Positions 53,006 through 63,015 of a DNA stretch of 64,000 nucleotides are shown in pieces. The translations under genes and the position numbers were made by a program. Under the pieces are notes generated by a model that was not told the DNA's origin, searched no databases, and was given only the letters and a program-made list of their open reading frames with translations. Source of the DNA: Rebecca billardiae RCC1528 (lineage: Eukaryota > Protista > Haptophyta); the NCBI GenBank assembly GCA_965240325.2, contig OZ251236.1, positions 620,001 to 684,000 on the forward strand, given 5' to 3'. Position 1 is the first letter of the stretch, and each line of letters starts with the position of its first letter.

Positions 53006-54556
53006 CTAAGCCGTCCTCGCGCTCTTTCGGCTCGGCTCGCCCCTCGGAGCCCGCGCGGGCGCTTGCCTCGGCGGCCTTGGCGGCGCGACCGCCTGCTGCC
53101 CGGGCGCGAGGACCGGGGGCACGTCGCTCGCAGCGATCACGGCGTCCACGTCGTGCTGGTGCCGGACGGTCTCGAAGGAAAGCTCGCGGCAGGCGTGTGC
53201 TGGTGGCAGCGCGCCGCCGCCCGAGGGAGCGGGCGGCTCGGCGCGCGCGTGCAGCGCTGCGAAGGAGTGCTTCACGCGCGCCTCGCGCAGCGTGCACGCC
53301 GCCCCGAACTCGAAGTGGAGCAGCAGCTCCATCACGGCGTCCGCGCCCGCGCCCGAAGGACACGCGACCTCCTCGGTGTCGCCGGCTGCGGCGGGCGCAC
53401 CGTCGGAGGCGGCTGCACACGCGATGCGTGCGCGCCAGCCGTTGGCCTTGTCGAGCGTGGCGAGGCGCTCGGCAGCCAGCGGCTGTGTCACATCGGCGTC
53501 GTCGCCGCCGCTGCCCTCCGCGCCCCCCGTGGGCGCGCACCGGTGCACGTGGCAGCGCAGCAGCCACGGCAGCGGCGCGTCAGGCCCGTGCGAACTGAGA
53601 AGCCACACGCTGAGATCGCGCGCGCCGGAGCCGTCCGAGCGCGCGTCGACGCGGTGGCACAGGCGGGCGCGGTCGGTGCGGACGTACGGCGGCACGCTTA
53701 GGTCGAGCGCGCGCATCACGCGCGCGAGCACCGCGTCCACGCGCCCGCGGATCACCAGTGCCGCGCGCCTGTCCTTGGGCGTTTTCTGCAAGTTGACAAT
53801 GACCAGCTTGCCGCCGCGGCGCGTCGCCTTCGTCGGCATGTTGCACGCCGGCGTGATCTGCAGCGAGGTGCCGAGGCACAGGACGAGGTCCGCGCGCGCC
53901 GTCTCGCGCTCGGCGAGCTCCATCTCGTCCTCGGGCAGCGCCGACTCCCAGTCGAGGCACTGGTCGCGCAGCTCGGCGCCGCAGCGCTCGCACGCGCGGC
54001 CCGTGCGCTTCAGCCCAACAGACGGCACCTCGAAATCGCGGACAAACTCGGTGGCGCAGGCCTCGCACTTCTCGACGAAGCAGTTGCCGTGGAGCTCGGC
54101 AAGTGCGGCGCGGGGCAGCCCCGAGCGGATGTGCAGGCAGTCCACGTTCTGGCTCACCACGAGCGAGAGCTTCCCCGCCGCATGCAGCGAGACCAGCGCC
54201 ATGTGAGTCAGCGACGGGTACGCCTGGTCGAAGCGGACGCTGGCGCGAGGCGGCGGGAGCCCCTTGCGCTGGAGCGTCCACACGCCGCTCGGCCCGCGAA
54301 AGTCGGGGATCCCGCACGAGGTGGAGATGCCCGCGCCCGTGAACACGACGACTCGGCTCGCGTCGAGCAGAAGGCTCACGAGCTGCCCGGCCTTTGCGCA
54401 CACCTCGGCCGGCGAGTCGAGGTACTCGGTGGCGCCGAGGCCTCCTCCGAGATCATGGCGGTGCGACAGCCGGCTCGCGTACCCGAGGGAGCCCCCCGCC
54501 TCGGCATCGCTGTCGCCAGCGCTCGCCGCGCTGGCCGGCGCCGACTCGCGCTCCAT
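53006..54556 (-). CDS. SRT1: Class IV sirtuin (SIRT6/plant SRT1-like) NAD-dependent deacylase
   Basis: SLGYASRLS, VFTGAGISTSCGIPDFRGPSGVWT, SQNVDCLH, ELHGN, two CxxC pairs, LGTSLQI, IVNLQKTPKD. Confidence 0.93.
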   Translation of the reverse strand: MERESAPASAASAGDSDAEAGGSLGYASRLSHRHDLGGGLGATEYLDSPAEVCAKAGQLVSLLLDASRVVVFTGAGISTSCGIPDFRGPSGVWTLQRKGLPPPRASVRFDQAYPSLTHMALVSLHAAGKLSLVVSQNVDCLHIRSGLPRAALAELHGNCFVEKCEACATEFVRDFEVPSVGLKRTGRACERCGAELRDQCLDWESALPEDEMELAERETARADLVLCLGTSLQITPACNMPTKATRRGGKLVIVNLQKTPKDRRAALVIRGRVDAVLARVMRALDLSVPPYVRTDRARLCHRVDARSDGSGARDLSVWLLSSHGPDAPLPWLLRCHVHRCAPTGGAEGSGGDDADVTQPLAAERLATLDKANGWRARIACAAASDGAPAAAGDTEEVACPSGAGADAVMELLLHFEFGAACTLREARVKHSFAALHARAEPPAPSGGGALPPAHACRELSFETVRHQHDVDAVIAASDVPPVLAPGQQAVAPPRPPRQAPARAPRGEPSRKSARTA

Positions 54557-54737
54557 CGCGTCGTCGCCCGGGAGCGGCACCGAGCACCGCTGTTGCTCCC
54601 GGATTGCCCGGATTCCCCTCGCTTCTCCCGAGTCGCAGCGAGAGGGGCTTTGGCCTTTGCCGAGCTTCGGCCTCCATCATTGCAGTGCCCTTGCTGCTCC
54701 CTCGGCCGGCTGGGCGTGCTCGCAGTAGAGGAAGGGC

Positions 54738-55033
54738 ATGGACGAGGACGAGGAGGTCGTGGACAACAAGGCGGCGGTTGATCAGAAGTGCGAGGCCCCG
54801 TGCTCCGCCTACTACATCGAGTACCTCGACTGCTCAAAGCGGATCGACGGGAGCGACGGCCACTGCACCGGCCAATACCTAGACTACATCGGCTGCATCG
54901 ACCACTGCGTGAGTGCCCGCCCCGACGCGCCCGCGCGCCCGCGCGCTCTCGCGGGCCCTGATTATGCCCCCCACGTTGCGATCGCGATGCGCCCCCGCAG
55001 TCGTCAAGGGAACTCTTCAAGGGCACAAAGTGA
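54738..55033 (+). CDS. QCR6: Cytochrome bc1 complex subunit 6 (hinge protein)
   Basis: Acidic N-terminus; KCEAPC...LDCSKRI...GHCTGQYLDYIGCIDHC. Intron 54909-55000 gives the C-terminus SSRELFKGTK*. Confidence 0.9.
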
Positions 55034-55910
55034 GACTGGCGGACGCACCGAGCGCACCTCGGGGGGCTTGCGTGTGCGCTCGCAGGCATGGACATTGTCA
55101 AAACTGCATCGACGCGACGGCCCAGCCGCTCGAGGTCGGTCGCTCTATCCCCGGTTGGTATGCGATGGGCATGCCCACATGATGCGCTGAGGCCAATGCG
55201 CACCCGCTGCCGGCTGGCGATGACACTCCGACGCGGGCGGCCGCCTTTTATTTAGTCCGCCCGGCCGAAGAGGCCTCCGACGTTGTCTTAGGGTCCATGA
55301 AGTCCTGAGTGGGTGAGTGACGTCCCGGCGGCAGTCTCGGTCACGATGACGCCGACATTATGGTGCGCCATCATATGTATATATATATGCTAGTCGCAAT
55401 TATTATTACTTTTATATATATATTCGGCGCTGAATGAACAGCGGTCCGACGCCCGTCCGCCCGGCCTGAGGAGTGAGGCTGACGGCTGACCCGCGGGCTC
55501 CCGGCGCTCCCGCGGCCCGGACCCGGTGGCCGGTGCCGGTGGCCGCCGGCCGGTCCGGGCGTCGGCGGGGCGGCGTCCGGCCTCGTCCGTCGTCGCACTC
55601 TCTTGTCCCCCAGGTCGGTCGCCAATAAGTCGACCGTGATAGCGTCGCGCGTCGCCGGCACCGCGCGCACGGTCGGTGGTAACGGCGAGCACTCTGAGAG
55701 TGAGATGATATTCTGCATCGGACGCATGGAGCGGCGGCTGAAGGCGCGACGACGCGATCGGCACGACATCAGCAGCCGACAGCAGCAGCCGCGGCCGAGA
55801 GAGAGAGCGACGACATCCGGGCACGCATGCCAGACCACGCTCCACGAGCTTGGACGCGCAGCGCCGTACAACGCCATGCCGAGCACCACGAGCGCGACAG
55901 CGCGCCGCGC

Positions 55911-57148
55911 TCATGCCATCGGCACCCCGCGCGAGGCGGACTTGTCGAGCCCGCGCGAGGTGGACTTGCCGAGGCGCGACCTCGTGGCCTTGCGCGAGAG
56001 CGGTTGCCGCGACACCTTCGCGCCGCCCGCGTCGTAGTCCTCGACGACCGTGCCGCGCGGCGACGCCGCCGCCGCGATCGAGCCGAGCAGCATGCCCAGC
56101 GCGGCGATCCACACAAAGACGTTGAGCAGCGTCGCCTCGCGCCGCAGGTTCTCGCAGGTGAGCTGGGTCGTCTCGAGGCAGTGGCAGTTGCACCCGTGCC
56201 AGTCCGACTCCTCGGGCACGCAGTACAGGTCGCCGTGCGTGAACCACGAGAGCTCGGTGATCGCGTGGTACTTCCGCGCGAGCTCCTCGTTCTCCTCCTT
56301 GCAGTGGCGCAGCACATCCTTGAACGCGCCCGTGTAGACCTGCTCGCACGGCCGGTCGCTCGGCACGTCCGCGGCGTAGACGGCCGTGTGGTCGCAGAAG
56401 CTGTGCAGGTCCGAGACCTCCTTGTGCACGAAGATGGCGCCGACGAGGAGGAAGATGCTGAGGATGAGGGTGAAGAACGTCCACCACACGTAGTGCACCG
56501 TGTGCGTCGCCTTGGTCAGCATCAGCCCGCCGAACGAGAACATGATGCTGAGCATCGAGAAGAGGAGGATCGGCCAGCCGGCGTCGGCAATCTCACGGAT
56601 GTGATGCTGCTCGTCCTCGGTCGGCAGGTACATGCCGTCAGGCAGGTTGCAGCCGTCGATGTTGAGGGCGATCCGGTGGAGCTTGTCCTCGCACTTGAAG
56701 TCGCCGATCTGCTCGACGTTCACAAGCTCGAGCGTGGCCACGACCATGATGATCGGGCTGAAGAAGAAGGCGATGAAGGACAGGATCCACGCCAACTTGA
56801 GCTGCGGCGGCGATTCGCGCAGGTCCTCAAAGTTGAAGGCGTGCTTGAAGACGAGCCATGGCATCTCGCCTCGGTAGCAGCATAGAAGGCACAGCGCAAG
56901 GATCGGCACCTCGTACGCGATCGAGGCCACGCCTGCGAGCCGCGTGGCGCCGGGCAGGGCAGCGGTGAGGCGAGGCGGAGCGACCACGCGTGCGAGCCGG
57001 CTCGGACCGCGCCGCGCGCACCGAGCGGGATCTTCGCCATCCAGTGCCCAGGCGCGTTGCCATCGTACACGAAGGTCTCGCCCGTGCAGGCGCACACGAA
57101 TGCGCCAAGCAGCCCGAGGAGGGTGAGCTTCTGCCCCGTGGAGATCAT
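55911..57148 (-). CDS. Multi-pass membrane protein with Cys-rich extracellular loop (tetraspanin-like topology)
   Basis: Intron 56933-57021 is in phase; several hydrophobic helices; Cys-rich loop before the last TM helix. Family not recognised. Confidence 0.7.
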
Positions 57149-57392
57149 CGCGGAGGCGCTATGATGATGGTCGCCCCGGTCCTCCCAAATCTTGAGGCTC
57201 GTTTTGCGCGTGATGGCACTGGTCGCCGTGCTGTCCGGAAGCCCTTCATCCGGACCCTGCTCCTCGAAAGGTGCTCACCTTTTGAAGAGAAGCGCTCGCG
57301 AAGCGAGGGTGCTGGTGCATCCAAAGGAATCTAAAGCATCTTGAATCTCCGGATCGTTTGGTTCCTTCTTCGTGTGCGCCTGCCCACTACCG

Positions 57393-57450
57393 TACAGTAT
57401 CTCGCCTGCCTGAGCTGTGTGCGTCTCTTATTCTTACCGTAGTAAACTGT
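57393..57450 (+). repeat. Third, solo copy of the ~60-bp dispersed repeat
   Basis: TACAGTATC + identical 35-bp core + CCGTAGTAAACTGT. Confidence 0.85.
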
Positions 57451-57578
57451 GGATCCCGGTCCGGGGGATCTCCTTCCGCAACGTCGCTTCAGACTTCTAA
57501 TCATACTCGACGACGTGATGAGCGATCGAGCGTGCGGTGGTGAGGCGCGACAGCCCGACCCTCCCGGGGCTTCCGGTG

Positions 57579-58550
57579 TCAGTCGTTGCTCCGCACCGAG
57601 GCCTGCGCGCCCGCGGTGGCAGGCCGCAGCCCGATGGCGGCGAATGCCGGCCGGGCGAACACGCCGAACGCGAGCACGCGCACCGGCAGCGTGAGCGTGT
57701 TGAACACCATCGCGCCCGCGACGGCGCTCGCGGTCGTGCTCGCCGTCGCCACGTCCTCAGGCGCTGCGAAGAAGGCGCCGAGGTACGAGGTGACGTCGAC
57801 GCCGCTGTGCACGAGCGCAGTGGTCGTCCCCACGAGCGAGAGCCCAGTCACCCAGCGCGCCAGCAGGAAGGGCGCGCCGTACGTGTTCACCGGCCCCTCC
57901 AGCCAGCGCGTCGCAAACCGCGCCCACTGCGCCACGATGTCTGCGTCTGCGTCCGAGCGGCTGGGACCGCTTGCGTCCGGCGTGCTCTTGCCGCGCGGGG
58001 TGCCGCCGCTGGCCGAGGCGGAGGCGGGCGCCGGCGGGTCGGCGTCGGAGGCGACCGTCGTCGGCGGCACGATGAGCGGCCCCAGCCGAATCAGCGTCGT
58101 CGCCGGGAAGGCGCGCGCGAGCGCGACAGCCAGGCCGAGGTCGAGCGGCCGCTTGGCCCAGCGCGTCATGCGGCTCACGACGCCCGCAACGGCGAGCGCG
58201 GGGAAGTCGAAGCCGAGGGCCTTGAGGGCGAAGAAGGACACGCCAAAGACCGTGTACGAGAGCCCGATGAAGCTGATGAACGAGGGCATGGGGTAGTCGA
58301 CGAGCACTGGGTTGAGCTCGTCCACGAGCGACGGCGGCGGCGAGCGTTGTGGCGCGCGCTGCTGCCCGGGCTCGGGCGCGGCCGCGGCTGCGGCAGAACC
58401 CGGCGGCGTGGCGCGCGAGCAGAGTGAGACGAGCGGCGTGAGCCCACCGCTGCGCCGGAGCGCACTGCGCGAGCCCACCCACCGCGCGCCGCCGGATAGC
58501 AAGGGGGGCCTCGCGATCCTGCGCGCCGCCGTCGCCATGCTGATGCTCAT
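57579..58550 (-). CDS. Probable mitochondrial membrane protein, FAM210/DUF1279-like
   Basis: Arg-rich presequence (MATAARRIARPP...); YGAPF...VHSGVDV...AMVFNTLTLPVR resembles DUF1279. Start at 58550 or 58538. Confidence 0.6.
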   Translation of the reverse strand: MSISMATAARRIARPPLLSGGARWVGSRSALRRSGGLTPLVSLCSRATPPGSAAAAAAPEPGQQRAPQRSPPPSLVDELNPVLVDYPMPSFISFIGLSYTVFGVSFFALKALGFDFPALAVAGVVSRMTRWAKRPLDLGLAVALARAFPATTLIRLGPLIVPPTTVASDADPPAPASASASGGTPRGKSTPDASGPSRSDADADIVAQWARFATRWLEGPVNTYGAPFLLARWVTGLSLVGTTTALVHSGVDVTSYLGAFFAAPEDVATASTTASAVAGAMVFNTLTLPVRVLAFGVFARPAFAAIGLRPATAGAQASVRSND

Positions 58551-58625
58551 TGACGAACTCACAGCGGACGAGACGTGGGCCCGCCCGGGCCCGGCTTCAC
58601 ACGGCCCCGTTGGGACGGCCGCGGC

Positions 58626-60293
58626 ATGCGGCAGGGCGCCGCGTGGCTGGTGCTGAACCAGCTCGTCGCCCGCGGGCTCACCTTCGCGCTCAATGCGCTC
58701 ATCGTGCGCTCGCTCGACCCCGAGGTGTACGGCATCGCCAACGTGCGGCTGCAGCTCGTGCTCGCGACGTCTGTGGCGCTCATCCGAGACACCGGCCGGC
58801 AGGCGTGCGCGCGCCTCGCCGACGTGCCGCAGCAGGCGGTGAACCTCGCCTGGCTGACGCCGGTGCTCGTCGTGCTCCTGGCGGCGCTGATCGTCTCCAC
58901 CGACGAGCTCGGCTACGCGCGCGCGCACTCGGCGGGCTACCGCGCCGCGCTCGCGCTCTTCTGCGCGTCGAGCGCCCTCGAGGCGCTGGCGGAGCCCGCG
59001 TACGTCCACGTGCAGGCGCGGATGCTGTGGAGCGTGCGCGCGCTGGTCGAGGGCGGCGCGCACGCCGCGCGGTGCGTCCTCACCTACGCGCTCCTCGCGC
59101 GCTGCGCCGACGCGCGCTCGTCCAGCTGCGCGCTCCGCGCGCTCGCGCTCGCGCAGCTCGGCTATGCAGCGCTGTACTCTGCGGCCTATCACGCGCACCT
59201 CGCGCTGCGTGTGCGCGCGCGCACGCTGCCCGCGCGCGCGGGCGAGGGCGAGGCGTGGCTCTCGCCGCGCACGTGGCCGCTCGTCCGCGCGTACGCCGTG
59301 CAGCAGGCCGCCAAGTTCGTCCTGACGCACGGCGAGACGGTGCTGCTGCTGCGCGAGGCGACGGCCGCGGAGCAGGGCGTGTTCGCACTCGTCGCAAACC
59401 TGGGCTCGCTGCTCGCGCGGCTCGTGTTCGAGCCGGCGGAGGAGGCGGTGTTCGCGCACCTCTCGCAGCGCGCCGCGCGCCACGCCGACGCCGACGCACC
59501 CGCGCGCGCGGGCCGCGGCGCGAGCGACGCCCCCGCTCCGTCCGCCGAGACCGCCCGCCGGCTCGCGGACACGGCGCGCCGACTGCTCCAGCTCGGGCTT
59601 GTGGTGGGCGCGTTTGGGCCTCCGTACGCGCGGCTGCTGCTGGCGATCCTGTACGGGCGGCGGTGGAGCGACGGCCCCGCCGCGGCCCTGCTCGGCTCGT
59701 ACAGCGCGCACGTGCCCCTGATGGCGCTCAACGGCGTGCTCGAGGCCGCGGTGCGCGCGCTCGGCTCGGCCGAGCACCTGGCCATGTTCAACGCCTACCT
59801 TGGCGCGTGCGCGCTGCTGTATTGGGCGGGGCTGGTGCTGCTCTTCCGCGCCGGGTGGGGGCTGCACGCCGTCGTGCTGGCGAACGCGCTCAACCTCGGC
59901 GCGCGCGCCGCGCACCACATCTGGCGCCTCAGCGCCCTGATGCAGCGCGCGCCGGCCGACTCGGCGGCCGGCGGAGCGCGCGCGAGCTGGGCGGCGACGC
60001 TGCTGCCCAGTGCGGGTGTGTGGCTGATGCTCGCCGCCGCCGCGCTCGCGACGCACGTGTCGGTGTTGGCCCACGACGGGCCGGGGCGCACGCTGGCCGA
60101 CTCGGCGGCGCACGTCGCCATCGGCGCGGTCAACTTCGCCGTGGTCGCCTCGACGCTGCTTCGCGTCGAGCTCGCGCCAGGCGAGGCGCTCCTGCCGCTG
60201 CTGAGGCGGCTGGCCGCGTCGAGGCGGCGCGCGCGCGGCGGCGTGCCGGGCGGCGGCGCAGCGGAGCACCCGCCGCGCGAGAAGCAGGCGTGA
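58626..60293 (+). CDS. RFT1: RFT1 (Man5GlcNAc2-PP-dolichol translocation protein)
   Basis: QLVARGLTFALN, LEALAEPAY, KFVLTHGE, EQGVFALVANLGSLLARLVFEPAEE, PLMALNGVLEA. Confidence 0.92.
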   Translation: MRQGAAWLVLNQLVARGLTFALNALIVRSLDPEVYGIANVRLQLVLATSVALIRDTGRQACARLADVPQQAVNLAWLTPVLVVLLAALIVSTDELGYARAHSAGYRAALALFCASSALEALAEPAYVHVQARMLWSVRALVEGGAHAARCVLTYALLARCADARSSSCALRALALAQLGYAALYSAAYHAHLALRVRARTLPARAGEGEAWLSPRTWPLVRAYAVQQAAKFVLTHGETVLLLREATAAEQGVFALVANLGSLLARLVFEPAEEAVFAHLSQRAARHADADAPARAGRGASDAPAPSAETARRLADTARRLLQLGLVVGAFGPPYARLLLAILYGRRWSDGPAAALLGSYSAHVPLMALNGVLEAAVRALGSAEHLAMFNAYLGACALLYWAGLVLLFRAGWGLHAVVLANALNLGARAAHHIWRLSALMQRAPADSAAGGARASWAATLLPSAGVWLMLAAAALATHVSVLAHDGPGRTLADSAAHVAIGAVNFAVVASTLLRVELAPGEALLPLLRRLAASRRRARGGVPGGGAAEHPPREKQA

Positions 60294-60849
60294 CGTACGG
60301 CGCGGCGGCAGCATGCACTGCCACTGATGGCAGCGATCATCAGCCATCATTGCGATTTGCGCCGGGCGAGTCGTCGTCGTCATCGTCGGCATCCTACGAC
60401 TCAGATTTCACTCAGAATAGCGCAGCGCGCGCGCATCACGTCGTCCTCATCTAGTATAGCTGTAGAATCATATCATCACTGGGTGGCGGATGCTGATGAT
60501 GACGACGGAGTCATCGCCGGTCGTATATTTAGCAGTAGTTGCATCATGCTGGCACTGATTCTGATGCCGCAGCATGATGCGGCATGATGCGCCTGCGCAC
60601 TACTCGTGGCATCGTGAAGGTGACGACAGTAGCAACCTGACGCGCAGCTTACGCAAACACTTCGCGCGTGCGCCAGCGCACGCGTACAGTGGGCTGGGTG
60701 ATTTGCCCTGATGTCGTGCCCGGCGGGAAGATGGGGATCACATGCATGGATGAGTCACGCCTCGGCGCACTTGAGATCGCCGCTGCTCGTCCAAGGCACG
60801 GCGATCGGCGGGCGGGAGAGCGCGCCGTCGGCGGGCGGCGGCCGCGCAC

Positions 60850-62463
60850 TCAGGCCAGCAGCGATGTCGCGGGCATGGCGCCCACCTCCGCCTCGACGTG
60901 CGCCAGGACGGCGCTGGGCCCGGAGTCCGCCGCGCGCAGCAGCGCGGTCAGGTGGCGCACGATCGGCTCGACGAAGCCGTCCGCGTTGCGCACGAGCTCG
61001 TCGTCGCCGAACACCTCCTGCACGGCGAGCAGCTTGGAAGCGAGCGCGCGCGCGTCGCCGCGCGCCTCGAGCGCGATCGCCGCGAACCGATCCGCGAGCG
61101 GGTCGGCAACCTTGACGGCGACGAGGGCGCCCGAGTCGTCGGTGCGCGTGCGCGTGACGTAGCGCATCCACGCGGCGACGGCGAGCGGGACGACGTGCAG
61201 CTTCGCGCCCGCGGCGAGCCGCGCGCGCGCGGTCGTGAGCAGCCGCTGCGGAAGTTTCTGCGAACCGTCCATCGCCACCTGCTCGGTGCGGTGCTGGAGC
61301 TCGCGGTTGGAGAAGCGACGGAGCACGGTGGCGGCGTACTCGCGCAGGTCGACGTCGGGCGCGGGCGCGGCGAGCGTGGGCAGCGCGTCGTGCTCGAGCA
61401 GCGCGGCGGCGAGCGCCCTCAGCGCCGGCACCTCCATCGCGTCGCAGATCATCTCGACGCCGCCGAGCGCGCCCGTGTACGCGAGCGTCGAGTGGCAGCC
61501 GTTCACGCACTGCAGCTTGACGTGTTCGAACGCCTCGACGTCGTGCGTGAGCTGCGCGCCGACGCGGTCCCACGGCGGGCGTCCGAGCGGCCCGAAGGCG
61601 TCCTCGATCACCCACTGCCGGAACGGCTCGCAGCACACCATCGCCTCGTCGCGCAGCCCGCCGAGCGGGCCGTCGTGCGCCGCGGCGCGGTCGATCTGCG
61701 CGCCGGTCGTCGCTGGCACGATGCAGTCGACCATCGTCGACGGGAAGGCGACCTTCTCGGCGAGCCAGGCGCCGAGGTCGCCCTCCGGCTCGAGCGCACG
61801 CGCGAACGCCGCGCAGATCCGGCCGACCGTGCGCCCGTTGTGCGGCAGGTTGTCGCACGACAGCACGGTGAACGGCGGCACGCCGCGCTGGCGCCGCATG
61901 CGGAGCGCGGCGACGAGCAGTCCGACCGCCGACCGCGGGCGCTGGGCGTTGGCGGGCTCGAGGTCGTGGACGATGTCTGGGTGCGCGCGGTCGAGCTCAC
62001 GCGTCGAGGGCTCGTAGCAGTACCCCTTCTCCGTCACCGTCAGCGAGACGATGCGCACGTCCGGGTGGGCGAGGAGCTCGAGCACCTCCGAGGGCGACTC
62101 CGGGTAGACGAGGCAGCGGAGGACGCAGCCGATGAGCAGGATCCGGCCGCCCTCGACGGAGGAGCGCTCGTGGACGGTGTACAGCCCGTCCTGCGGCTCG
62201 AGCTGGTCGCGGACGGTTGTCGACCGCATGGACACGCCGACCGAGCCCCACGCGTGCGCGTCGGCGCCCTCGAGCTGCTCGATCGCGCGGTGCGTGAACA
62301 CGGCCTGGTGCGCGCGGTGGAACGCGCCGAGGCCGAGGTGCACGATGCCGGTACGCAGCTGCGAGCGGTCGTACGAGAGCTTGGGCAGGTTTGGCGCGTC
62401 CGCAGCGCTCGCCTCGTTGAGGCGCATGGCGCGGTCGGTCGAGACGAGCGAGGGTGGGCTCAT
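60850..62463 (-). CDS. Long-chain mannitol dehydrogenase family enzyme (M2DH/UxuB-like)
   Basis: IVHLGLGAFHRAHQA, VSLTVTEKGY, SCDNLPHNG, EPFRQWVIED, RFSN, AMDGSQKLPQR; intronless. Confidence 0.93.
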   Translation of the reverse strand: MSPPSLVSTDRAMRLNEASAADAPNLPKLSYDRSQLRTGIVHLGLGAFHRAHQAVFTHRAIEQLEGADAHAWGSVGVSMRSTTVRDQLEPQDGLYTVHERSSVEGGRILLIGCVLRCLVYPESPSEVLELLAHPDVRIVSLTVTEKGYCYEPSTRELDRAHPDIVHDLEPANAQRPRSAVGLLVAALRMRRQRGVPPFTVLSCDNLPHNGRTVGRICAAFARALEPEGDLGAWLAEKVAFPSTMVDCIVPATTGAQIDRAAAHDGPLGGLRDEAMVCCEPFRQWVIEDAFGPLGRPPWDRVGAQLTHDVEAFEHVKLQCVNGCHSTLAYTGALGGVEMICDAMEVPALRALAAALLEHDALPTLAAPAPDVDLREYAATVLRRFSNRELQHRTEQVAMDGSQKLPQRLLTTARARLAAGAKLHVVPLAVAAWMRYVTRTRTDDSGALVAVKVADPLADRFAAIALEARGDARALASKLLAVQEVFGDDELVRNADGFVEPIVRHLTALLRAADSGPSAVLAHVEAEVGAMPATSLLA

Positions 62464-63015
62464 CGTGCGCGAGAGGTGCGATGCGTCCGCCTGCCGCCAG
62501 CCGCCGCCGCCAGCCGGTGTGCTGACGAAACCGGGTCATCTGGACGCACGATTTTAAATGGTTCAAGCGCGCGGAAAACATTAATTGCTCGCGGCCCCAA
62601 AAAGGACTTCAGACTTGGCCCCCGGACGCGCGTGGGGGGCCCGGCGGCGGGGGGGGGCGGGCCGGGGGGGGGCGGACCGATCCGGGCGTGAACGAAGGTA
62701 GTCCGGGTCTCTCACCGCCGTGTGGCACAGAACCGCCGCTTTGCCGCCGCACGTCGCTTTCGCACCGCAAGTCTCTGGCAACGGGCGGCGGAGATTGTGA
62801 GTCGCGAGCTACGGGAATTTACCCGAGATTCCGCCGTGCGGTGCCATTCTCCCCTGCGCTCGTAGGCGCAATTTCCGCGTGGGCGGGTGCGCCATTTCGA
62901 CGGGCTTCGTTGCCGGGGCTTGTGTAATCACGCCCTTCGTCATCGAAGGCTGTGTGCGGGAGGGTCCCTAGCGTCGCGCACGTCCGTCATCCGCCCGCTT
63001 CTCTCGCCGCGAGCC

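Noticed and set aside
58551-60392. N-terminal ~610 aa of the 937-aa minus-strand ORF 57579-60392
   Set aside because: Antisense to RFT1; only the part from 58550 downward looks like a real protein.
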